From: Myxococcota bacterium
Lineage (GTDB): Bacteria; Myxococcota; JACRCW01
Length of the DNA stretch: 24,709 nt
Assembly (NCBI GenBank): GCA_040752415.1
Contig: JBFMGU010000161.1
Span: 1-24,709 of the forward strand
Reading direction: 5' to 3'
Part shown: positions 1-6,738 of the stretch, piece after piece
Layout of the letters: every line of letters starts with the position of its first letter
Position numbering within the stretch: position 1 is the stretch's first letter
Made by a program: the position numbers and the translations under genes
Notes under the pieces: generated by a model
The model's database searches: none
Told to the model about the DNA's origin: nothing
Seen by the model: the letters and a program-made list of their open reading frames with translations, nothing else

Positions 1-178
1 GGGCCCGCTGGCTCCCATACGTAACCGGCCAATCTGTACGGCGGCCGGCGCAAGTGCTTCAGAGGCGTATGGGATGTACCACCCTCACACGGTGGGCCGG
101 ACGGGCGCGGAGGAGTACCGCGGTATTCGTAGCAGCCGCGAATCAAATGGGACCCGCGGTGGGATTTCCCGTTTTTCT
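1..178 (-). mobile_element. Structured non-coding segment resembling the upstream (bridge/seekRNA-encoding) end of an IS110-family element; transposase would lie off the left edge
   Basis: Nested stems: 13-21/66-74 (TCCCATACG/CGTATGGGA), 25-30/43-48, 79-83/91-95, 3-7/102-106, 117-123/154-160, 125-129/139-143. The minus strand reads CATACGCCTCTGAAGCACTTGCG-CCGGCC-GCCGTACAGATT-GGCCGG-TTA-CGTATGGGAGCCAGCGGGCCC, a layout I recall from IS110 5' non-coding regions. No transposase is visible and the inner boundary is uncertain. Confidence 0.35.
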
Positions 179-361
179 TTCTCAACCCAACAGCAAGGAG
201 CACCCACGACGGAACACGCAAGAACGAAACGGAAAGACGGAAGGCGGAAGGCAGGCGGTACCGAAGAGATGAGGAAAGACGAAGCGGGTACCAGACGAGC
301 CCACGCCGAACGAGAAAACTCGAGACAGGTACCAGCGACGCGACTCGCGCTCGCGACGCAC
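179..361 (+). repeat. Dispersed ~180-bp repeat, left copy (inverted relative to 24529-24709)
   Basis: Matches the reverse complement of 24529-24709 except for two 1-nt indels and one substitution. Confidence 0.97.
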
Positions 362-730
362 CCGTGCGCTCCAAGGTGGGCGGTACCGAAGAGATGAGAA
401 AGACGAAGTGGGTACCAGACCAGCCACGCCAAACGAGAAAGCTCGAGACAGGTACCAGCGACGCGACTCGCGCTCACGCCGCATAGCCCTGTCCCGCTCC
501 GCAGGCTGACAACCGGGGCACATGCCAACGCGAAATGCGGACCGGGCACCAGGCGCCACGCCAAGCGTAAGAACGCAAGGCCATGGTGCCAGCAACGCGG
601 TTCGCGCTCGACGCACCCGTCTGCTCCGCAACTTCACGCCGGAAACCGACGAGAGATGGCGAACCACCGAAGCGGGCACCAAAACGCGCCACGCCAAATG
701 AGAACGCGCGAAACAGTGCTACCAGCGACG
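254..730 (+). repeat. Degenerate tandem array of four units with ~125-133-nt period, containing GGTACC palindromes
   Basis: 254-352 and 379-475 differ at 6 positions; weaker copies at ~543-627 and ~646-730. The CCACGCC anchor recurs at 301, 424, 556 and 689. Confidence 0.85.
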
Positions 731-808
731 TCGTTACTGTCCAGTAAGCGCTCGCATGCTCCTTGCACCAGCCCGACAGCGCGTTCAGGAAAGCTCACGC
801 GCCGGTCT

Positions 809-2083
809 TCAGTGCAGCACGCGCCACTGTCCGCAGATGGTGCTCGGGAGGTGCCCGGCGTACGGGCCGTCCTTGGCGAAGATGACCCTGTCCATGTTGC
901 TCGCCGGAACGTATTGCAGCGGCGCGTAGGTCCGTCCCCGCGTCCACACCACGCCCACGTGTGCCGGTGAGACCGCCAGGGTCCCGGTGGGCCCAAAGAA
1001 CGCCGTCACGTCCGCGCCGGAAAGCAGCGCCAGGCCCTCCAGCGAGTAATACGTACCCCCCTGTCCAATCCAGACGCGATGACGCGGGCTGCTCGTCGAC
1101 GCATCCACGAAATACGTCACACCGTTCTCGTCATGCGCCAGGAGCACGGGACGCCAGGCCCACTCCGCGCGAACCTTGCTGGCGCGACGGAGCGAGGTCA
1201 GGCGCTCCCCCTCCGGCACGGGCTCCAGGGGAACGGTCTCGTCGCCACAGTCCACGCTGGCGTTGCCACCCTCCAGCCGCAACACGGCGGTGCCCCGGTC
1301 GCGCACCACGGGGTCGGCCAGTTGCACCACCACGGCGGACCCCGCCGGTCTCGCCTCCACGACGTGCTGCACCTGCAAGGTGGCGGCATCTCCCGCGAAC
1401 ACCTCGGGATTGCCGGACTGCGACGAGCCATAGGCCACCATCAGCCCGCCCGGCCCCGTGAAATACCGGTGGTGCGGGTAGCGCGGCGTGACCGGCAGAA
1501 GCAGCGACGGCCGCTCCTGAGCCCGGGACGGAGTGAATCCCACCACGAGCTCCTTGAAGGGCAGGGGTTTCACCCGCGCCAGCTGCTCGGGCGGCGAGCG
1601 CATCGTCGGGAGGAGCGTGTCCAACAGGGCGGGAAGGGCCTTCCCCAGGGTGGCGTAGGTGGGTGGGTGGAGGCGCTGACGCACGGATCCCACCTCAACC
1701 AACGTGGGGGGTATCAGCAGGTCAAGGCGGAGGAACGCGCCGTCCCGGCGGTCCTCCACGGTCAGCAGCACCAGGACGTCAAAGTCGAGCGCGCGGAACA
1801 GGCGGAGGTCGCATTCCGCGCCGCTGCATCCCAGGCTTTGCCGTTCCAGCGCCATCTGCAGGTGGATGGAGATCATCTCCTCGGTGATCCCCTGGTGACC
1901 GCGACGGTTCAGCTCCGCCGCCACCATTGCCGCGGCGCCGCCCGACGAGACTTCTCCCGCCAGGCCAAACGCCGTGGGAGCAACGCGAATGCGCACCGGT
2001 GGGGAGCTGCGGTCGGGGCTGGACGGAGTGCCCCCGTCGGGAACGGTGTGCAACAAGGCCAACAGGAGAGGGGCGGCCCACAT
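809..2083 (-). CDS. Exported hypothetical protein (N-terminal LGC-x3-EC domain plus C-terminal myxobacterial-type domain)
   Basis: 424-aa ORF, GAAGGAG RBS, hydrophobic N-terminus. Motifs ERQSLGCSGAEC, LAHDENGVTYFVD and C-terminal GPYAGHLPSTIC resemble myxobacterial hypothetical families. Confidence 0.8.
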   Translation of the reverse strand: MWAAPLLLALLHTVPDGGTPSSPDRSSPPVRIRVAPTAFGLAGEVSSGGAAAMVAAELNRRGHQGITEEMISIHLQMALERQSLGCSGAECDLRLFRALDFDVLVLLTVEDRRDGAFLRLDLLIPPTLVEVGSVRQRLHPPTYATLGKALPALLDTLLPTMRSPPEQLARVKPLPFKELVVGFTPSRAQERPSLLLPVTPRYPHHRYFTGPGGLMVAYGSSQSGNPEVFAGDAATLQVQHVVEARPAGSAVVVQLADPVVRDRGTAVLRLEGGNASVDCGDETVPLEPVPEGERLTSLRRASKVRAEWAWRPVLLAHDENGVTYFVDASTSSPRHRVWIGQGGTYYSLEGLALLSGADVTAFFGPTGTLAVSPAHVGVVWTRGRTYAPLQYVPASNMDRVIFAKDGPYAGHLPSTICGQWRVLH

Positions 2084-2227
2084 GGCGCGGCTCCTTCGGA
2101 ATGGCCTGCGATCCTACCAGGGTCTCGGCGGGGAACGGGTTTGCACCTTCACTGCCGCTCAACTACGAAGCAGTTCTCCTCTTTCCGCTGCTCGGGGGCG
2201 GTGCTCCGTCGCAGCGCGCAGGGTGTC

Positions 2228-2803
2228 ATGACCACTCTCAAGACGTTGAAGGCCAACAGCCTGAAGTCCGCCGAGCGCGCGCTCGCCGCCGGTCAGATCA
2301 CGCAGGCGGAGTTCAAGTCGCTGACCGACGGACGCGTCTCCAAGAAGGACCTCGACGTGGCCAAGAGCGTGCTTGCCGACGCGCGCGCCGCGCTGCGCGA
2401 GCTCAAGAAGGACGGCGCGTCCGAGCGCAAGTTGGCCAAGGCCGAGGAGGAGGTGAAGGTGGCGCGCGGCCTGGAGACCGCCGTCCGGGCGCAGCAAGAA
2501 GCGCAGGTGAGCCGTCCCTCGACGGGCAGCGGCAAGGGTGTGAGCCGTCCCTCGACCGGCAGCGGCAAGGGTGTCAGCCGTCCCTCGACGGGCAGTGGCA
2601 AGGGCACCAGCCGTCCTTCCAGCGGCGGCTCGGTCCGACGTCCTTCCACGGGCAGCGGCAAGGGCGTGAGCCGTCCCTCGACGAACAGCGGCAAGGGCGT
2701 GAGCCGTCCTTCTGGCGGTGGCCACATCTCCCGACCCTCAACGGGCGGTGGCAAGGGCGTGACCCGTCCCTCGACGGGAACCGGCAAGGGCACTCCGCGC
2801 TGA
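2228..2803 (+). CDS. Basic 191-aa protein: ~93-aa helical N-terminal region plus nine tandem xSRPSTGSGKG-type repeats (putative multicore precursor peptide)
   Basis: ATG at 2228 is in frame with ORF 1079..2803, whose upstream part is only the antisense shadow of 809..2083. Codons are GC3-rich and the repeats vary at synonymous positions (GTG/GTC, GGT/GGC, ACG/ACC). The next gene starts 10 bp downstream. Confidence 0.9.
   Translation: MTTLKTLKANSLKSAERALAAGQITQAEFKSLTDGRVSKKDLDVAKSVLADARAALRELKKDGASERKLAKAEEEVKVARGLETAVRAQQEAQVSRPSTGSGKGVSRPSTGSGKGVSRPSTGSGKGTSRPSSGGSVRRPSTGSGKGVSRPSTNSGKGVSRPSGGGHISRPSTGGGKGVTRPSTGTGKGTPR
2507..2791 (+). repeat. Coding tandem repeat: seven 33-bp and two 27-bp units
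   Basis: VSRPSTGSGKG x3, TSRPSSGGS, VRRPSTGSGKG, VSRPSTNSGKG, VSRPSGGGH, ISRPSTGGGKG, VTRPSTGTGKG, then TPR-stop. Confidence 0.97.
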
Positions 2804-2813
2804 GCAACCCAAC

Positions 2814-3770
2814 GTGAAGCCGCAGGATGTGCTGGAAGAGCTGCTGGCTCGCGCGGACCGCACGCAGGCCGAGCTGAGAAGTGTCCACGGCGTGGAGGCG
2901 CGCTGGGAGCACCTGCCCAGCCGCACCACCAGCGAGGCGCTGGACCTGATGGCGGAGTGGATCCGTCTGCAGGTGCGTCGCATCGGGGCCAAGGGCTGTG
3001 TGGTCGGGGCCAGCGGCGGCGTCGACTCCTCACTGGTGGCGCTGCTGGCGACGCGTGCGCTCCCCGGGGAATGCAGCGCGCTCATCATGCCGTGCCGCTC
3101 CGATCCCCAGGACGAGAGCGACGCGCGGCAGCTGCTCGAGCTGTTGCGCATTCCCTACCGGGTCACGTCGCTGGAGCCCGCGGTGGACGCGCTGGTGGCC
3201 GCCATGGGTGACACCCCGACGAGCGTGGGCCGCATGGTCTCCGGGAACCTGGCCTCCCGCATCCGTGGCGCCCTGCTTTACTACGAAGCCAACCGCACCA
3301 GTCGACTTGTGCTCGGCACCGGCAACCTCGACGAGACCTACGTGGGATACAGCAGCAAGGGCACCACCGCGGACCTCTTCCCGATCACCGGTCTCCACAA
3401 GGAGGAGGTCCGCGCCCTGCTCTACCTGGGCCTCAAGGAGCTGGATGAGAAGCTGGCCGCGCGCCTGTCCCAACGCACCGCCACGCCGGGCTACTGGGCG
3501 GGCCAAGAGGCGGAGAAGGAGCTGGGCCTGCCCTACCGGCGCATCGGCGCGGCGCTGGATGTCATCATTGGCCAGTGCGCCATCGAGAACACCGGCGTGA
3601 TTCCGCGTGACGACGACGAATTCATCCGGGCGCTGGAGGGCTCCGGGGTGCCCGGGCAGGACATCCTGGATGTGGCCGCGCTGATCATGCGCAACCACCA
3701 CAAGGGCTTTGGCTCCCCCGCGCTGTGGCGACCCGAGCCGTACCTCCCGGATTCCGACGACACGGAGTGA
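2814..3770 (+). CDS. nadE: NH3-dependent NAD+ synthetase (NadE)-like PP-loop enzyme, divergent
   Basis: SGGVDSS PP-loop, GNLASRIR, GTGNLDE, DLFPITGLHKEEVR, GYWAGQEAEKELGLPY, NHHK; no glutaminase domain. Canonical TKYGDG is replaced by SKGTT, so orthology to housekeeping nadE is uncertain. Confidence 0.8.
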   Translation: MKPQDVLEELLARADRTQAELRSVHGVEARWEHLPSRTTSEALDLMAEWIRLQVRRIGAKGCVVGASGGVDSSLVALLATRALPGECSALIMPCRSDPQDESDARQLLELLRIPYRVTSLEPAVDALVAAMGDTPTSVGRMVSGNLASRIRGALLYYEANRTSRLVLGTGNLDETYVGYSSKGTTADLFPITGLHKEEVRALLYLGLKELDEKLAARLSQRTATPGYWAGQEAEKELGLPYRRIGAALDVIIGQCAIENTGVIPRDDDEFIRALEGSGVPGQDILDVAALIMRNHHKGFGSPALWRPEPYLPDSDDTE

Positions 3771-3776
3771 ACCGCG

Positions 3777-4208
3777 ATGTCACCACGTGAAGACTCGTCG
3801 GAGTCCCTGGATGCGCGCGTGGTGGAGCTCGCGTCGCAGGTCAAGCTGGTGGGGGGAAGGATGGTGCTGCCACAGGCCGCCTATGACGCGTGGCGGGAGC
3901 GCCTGGCGCAGGTCCCGTCGTCGGAGCAGGAGGAGGTCCTCGTGGGGCTGCTGGCCTTGGGCTCGCGGTTTGTGCGCGAGGCACCGGAGGCGTCCCGGGA
4001 CGCCCTGGGTCAGCTCATGTCGCTGGCGGCGGTGCTGTTGACGCCGGAGGATGCCGAGCAGCTCTTCTCCTCCATGGGGCTGGTGAGCCCCAACCAGCAC
4101 GCGGATGTCACCGGCGCGGCGCGCGTCTCCAACCGGCCCGTCACCACGGCGGGGGGCGCTGGCTCGTCGGTGATGGGGGTTCGGCTGGGGAACAAGAAGC
4201 GCAAGTGA
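3777..4208 (+). CDS. Hypothetical 143-aa helical protein with low-complexity basic C-tail
   Basis: ATG 6 bp after the nadE-like stop, GGAG upstream, normal codon usage; no family recognised. Confidence 0.8.
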   Translation: MSPREDSSESLDARVVELASQVKLVGGRMVLPQAAYDAWRERLAQVPSSEQEEVLVGLLALGSRFVREAPEASRDALGQLMSLAAVLLTPEDAEQLFSSMGLVSPNQHADVTGAARVSNRPVTTAGGAGSSVMGVRLGNKKRK

Positions 4209-4221
4209 AGCAGGACGTGCA

Positions 4222-4257
4222 GCGCGGCGAGTCGCGGATGACGTCGCGGCGCCGCGC
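4222..4257. terminator. GC-rich hairpin between convergent genes
   Basis: GCGCGGCG (4222-4229) pairs with CGCCGCGC (4250-4257); no U-tract. Confidence 0.35.
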
Positions 4258-4278
4258 ATGGGACTGCGCGAGTGTTCC

Positions 4279-5124
4279 TCAGCCACGTCCCCGCGCCACC
4301 ACCAACGTTCCCCCGACGATGAGCGCGGCCCCCACGACGCTGAGCGCGGTGGGAATCTCGTGGAAGACCAGGATGCCCAGCACGTACGCGAACACCACCT
4401 GCAGGTAGCTCACCGCGGTGGCCCGCCCGGCCGTCTCCGCGTGCAACCCGCGCGTCATGAACACCTGCGCCAGCTGCGTGGCCACGCCCACTCCAACGAG
4501 AAGCACCCAGTCCAGCGGTCCCGGCCACACCGCGGAGGGAATGGCCGCGGGGATGGCCAGCGGCAGGGAAACCAGCGGGAAATAGAACACGATCACCATG
4601 GGATGCTCGGTGTCGCGGAGCTTGCGCACAATCACGTAGGCAAACGCGCTGAACACCGCTCCCGCCAGCGAGACCAGCACGGCCCACCCGTCCAGGCTGG
4701 AGGTGCCGAAGAGGAACTGCGGCCGCACCACCATCACCACACCCACCAGGCTCACCACCATGCCCACCACGTCGTGCGCGGTCATGCGCTCACGCAGCAC
4801 CAGCGCGGCCAGCGCGGCGGTCAGGACGGGATTGGTGTATTGCAGCACCGTGGCGTCGGCGAGCGGGAGCGCGGTGATGCCGTAGTAGAAGCAGGACAGC
4901 CCGCCAAAACCCACCAGGCCACGCGCCACCAGCCAACCGCGTTGCGTGCCCCAGGGACGGATGCCCAGGCCGCGCAGCGTGACCACGCTCATCACCAGCG
5001 TCACCACCACGCGCGCCAGCACGATCTCCTGGCTGGGAATGCGCGCGCCGCACAGCTTCACCAGCGTGCTCATGACGCTGTAGCAGAAGGCGCTCACCGC
5101 CACGTGCCAGAGGCCAATGCTCAT
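4279..5124 (-). CDS. EamA/DMT family transporter
   Basis: 281 aa, about 10 TM helices in two EamA repeats (LPLADATVLQYTNPVLTAALAALVLRE; AGRATAVSYLQVVFA). Confidence 0.95.
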   Translation of the reverse strand: MSIGLWHVAVSAFCYSVMSTLVKLCGARIPSQEIVLARVVVTLVMSVVTLRGLGIRPWGTQRGWLVARGLVGFGGLSCFYYGITALPLADATVLQYTNPVLTAALAALVLRERMTAHDVVGMVVSLVGVVMVVRPQFLFGTSSLDGWAVLVSLAGAVFSAFAYVIVRKLRDTEHPMVIVFYFPLVSLPLAIPAAIPSAVWPGPLDWVLLVGVGVATQLAQVFMTRGLHAETAGRATAVSYLQVVFAYVLGILVFHEIPTALSVVGAALIVGGTLVVARGRG

Positions 5125-5263
5125 CCTGCCTGCCGCGTGGTCATTCTCAACACGCAGCCCACCTTGTCCCCCTGGAAGCCGCCCCGTGCCCCGCGGAATC
5201 CTGCACCGACGCGACCACGCGCAGCAACGCGGCCGGCTCCGCCCACGCCCACGCGGGACGTTC

Positions 5264-5857
5264 TCACGCGCGGAGCGCGGCCTTCATGGCCGGGAGGGCC
5301 AGGGCGCGGAACACGTCATCCATCTGCGTCGCGGTCATGCGCGCCTTGCCATCCGCCCACCAGGTGAGCAGGGAGAGGAACGCTCCGGTCAGGTACTGCA
5401 CCACCGCTTCCGAGGGGATTGCCGTCTCGCGCAAGCGGGGCACCTGCTCCTTCAGCTCGTTGCGGATGAGCGTGGAGAGCAGACGGTGGAACTCCTTCTG
5501 GACGATGGCGCCGCCGCGCGTTCCCACCATGCTGCGGTAGAGGTCGCGGTGTCCGGCGGCGTGCTCGAACAGCGGTCGACTGAAACCCAGCGCGCGCTCC
5601 TCCGGTGACCGTCCCGACGCCAGCGCGTGGCGTTGGGATTCCACCAGCTCCCTCTCCAGGTGCTCCATGCCCGCAATGAGCAGGTCCTCCTTGTCGGCGA
5701 AATGCGCGTAGAACGTGGAGCGTCCCACGTTGGCGCGGTCAATGATGTCCTGCACCGAGACATCCTCGTAGCCCTTCTCCAGGATCAGCTGCAGCAGCGC
5801 CCCCGTCAGCAGCTGCCGCGTCCTCTGCACCCGTCGATCCGGCTTCCGTTCCGTCAT
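5264..5857 (-). CDS. TetR/AcrR family transcriptional regulator
   Basis: MTERKPDRRVQRTRQ...VSVQDIIDRANVGRSTFYAHFADKEDLL HTH. Start placed at ATG 5857 (GAGG RBS) rather than the ORF-track 5977. Confidence 0.95.
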   Translation of the reverse strand: MTERKPDRRVQRTRQLLTGALLQLILEKGYEDVSVQDIIDRANVGRSTFYAHFADKEDLLIAGMEHLERELVESQRHALASGRSPEERALGFSRPLFEHAAGHRDLYRSMVGTRGGAIVQKEFHRLLSTLIRNELKEQVPRLRETAIPSEAVVQYLTGAFLSLLTWWADGKARMTATQMDDVFRALALPAMKAALRA

Positions 5858-5886
5858 CCGCGCCTCACTTCCTGGACAGTTGGCTC

Positions 5887-5910
5887 CATTCGTCCCGAAC
5901 CGGACGAATG
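5887..5910. promoter_or_regulatory. Candidate TetR operator 1
   Basis: Perfect 9-bp inverted repeat CATTCGTCC-N6-GGACGAATG in the divergent tetR/ABC intergenic region. Confidence 0.6.
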
Positions 5911-5966
5911 CGGGGGGCGTGTCGATTGCCCCCGCATTTCCGAACACTATGTTCATCACAGGATTC

Positions 5967-5984
5967 ATGTCCAACACCGGACAT
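5967..5984. promoter_or_regulatory. Candidate TetR operator 2
   Basis: ATGTCC-N6-GGACAT has the same GTCC-N6-GGAC core as operator 1; a related GAACA-N3-TGTTC lies at 5942-5954. Confidence 0.6.
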
Positions 5985-6006
5985 CCGTCTTCCTACGGGG
6001 AATACC

Positions 6007-6738
6007 ATGACGCCATCCCTCCCGCCGCTGCTCAAACTGCAAGACATCACCAGGATCTTTGAAACGCCCTCCGGGCCATTTGCCGCGCTCCGGGCGGTGA
6101 GCTGCGAGATTGCGTCGCAGGAGCTGGTGGCGGTGGTGGGGAAGTCGGGGAGCGGGAAGTCCACGCTCATCCACATGATGACCGGGATCGACCGGCCTTC
6201 GCACGGCGAGGTGATGGTGGCGGGAACGGCGGTGCATGCGCTGCCGGAGGGCGAGTTGGCGCGCTGGCGCGGGCGCAACGTGGGCGTGGTGTTCCAGTTC
6301 TTCCAACTGCTGCCCACGCTCACCGTGCTGGAGAACGTGGTGCTGCCCATGGACTTCTGCGCCACGCACCCGGTGCGGCAGCGTCGTGCGTACGCGTTGT
6401 CCCTGCTGGATCGCGTGGGGGTGGCGGACCAGGCCCACAAGCTCCCGCTCGCGCTTTCCGGCGGGCAACAACAGCGGGTGGCCATTGCCCGCGCGCTGGC
6501 CAATGATCCGCCGCTGCTGGTTGCCGACGAGCCCACGGGCAACCTCGACGTGCGCACCAGCGAGTCGGTGTGGCAGCTCTTCCGCGAGCTCGCCCGCGCC
6601 GGGAAGACCGTGGTGGTGGTGACCCATGACCGCGACGTGGCGCGCATGATGACCCGGATCATCACGCTCTCCGACGGCACCATCGTCTCCGACACCGGCG
6701 GGACGCCGTCCCCGCGGCACGAGGCGGCCCATGCTTAG
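6007..6738 (+). CDS. ABC transporter ATP-binding protein (LolD/MacB-type)
   Basis: Walker A GKSGSGKS, VFQFFQLL, LSGGQQQRVAIARAL, ADEPTGNLD, VTHD; start at ATG 6007. Confidence 0.97.
   Translation: MTPSLPPLLKLQDITRIFETPSGPFAALRAVSCEIASQELVAVVGKSGSGKSTLIHMMTGIDRPSHGEVMVAGTAVHALPEGELARWRGRNVGVVFQFFQLLPTLTVLENVVLPMDFCATHPVRQRRAYALSLLDRVGVADQAHKLPLALSGGQQQRVAIARALANDPPLLVADEPTGNLDVRTSESVWQLFRELARAGKTVVVVTHDRDVARMMTRIITLSDGTIVSDTGGTPSPRHEAAHA

Noticed and set aside
1..178. tRNA, 5S rRNA, SRP, tmRNA or RNase P RNA
   Set aside because: None of the diagnostic motifs (T-loop GTTCRA, SRP GGAAGCAGC loop, rRNA signatures) is present on either strand.
357..361. Homology between the terminal repeats begins at GTGCG, the group II intron 5' consensus (also at 24529-24533)
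   Set aside because: The following sequence is pyrimidine-rich with no recognisable domain I features, and array unit 3 shares similarity with unit 1 beyond this point, so it is not a clean element boundary.
254..730. CRISPR array or integron attC array
   Set aside because: Units are ~100 nt with related rather than unique spacers; there are no cas or intI genes and no RYYYAAC..GTTRRRY ends.
773..789. Near match (15/17) to the Myxococcus LexA box, CCGACAGCGCGTTCAGG
   Set aside because: It lies downstream of a stop codon with no gene start nearby and misses two fixed consensus positions.
54..996. Short ORFs across the left repeat region, including AAGGAG at ~195 as a possible RBS
   Set aside because: No start codon follows the RBS-like motif, the 1-nt indels between repeat copies break frame, and the translations have no recognisable motifs.
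2131..2145. GG-N10-GC (GGGAACGGGTTTGCA) as a sigma54 promoter for the repeat-peptide operon
   Set aside because: The -24 element lacks TGGCAC in the right register; too weak to call.
1079..2227. N-terminal 383 codons of the 574-aa ORF 1079..2803
   Set aside because: Antisense shadow of gene 809..2083; protein-like composition starts only at ATG 2228.
2507..2791. 33-bp DNA repeats as a CRISPR-like or regulatory array
   Set aside because: There are no spacers, and variation is in-frame and largely synonymous, so this is a protein repeat.
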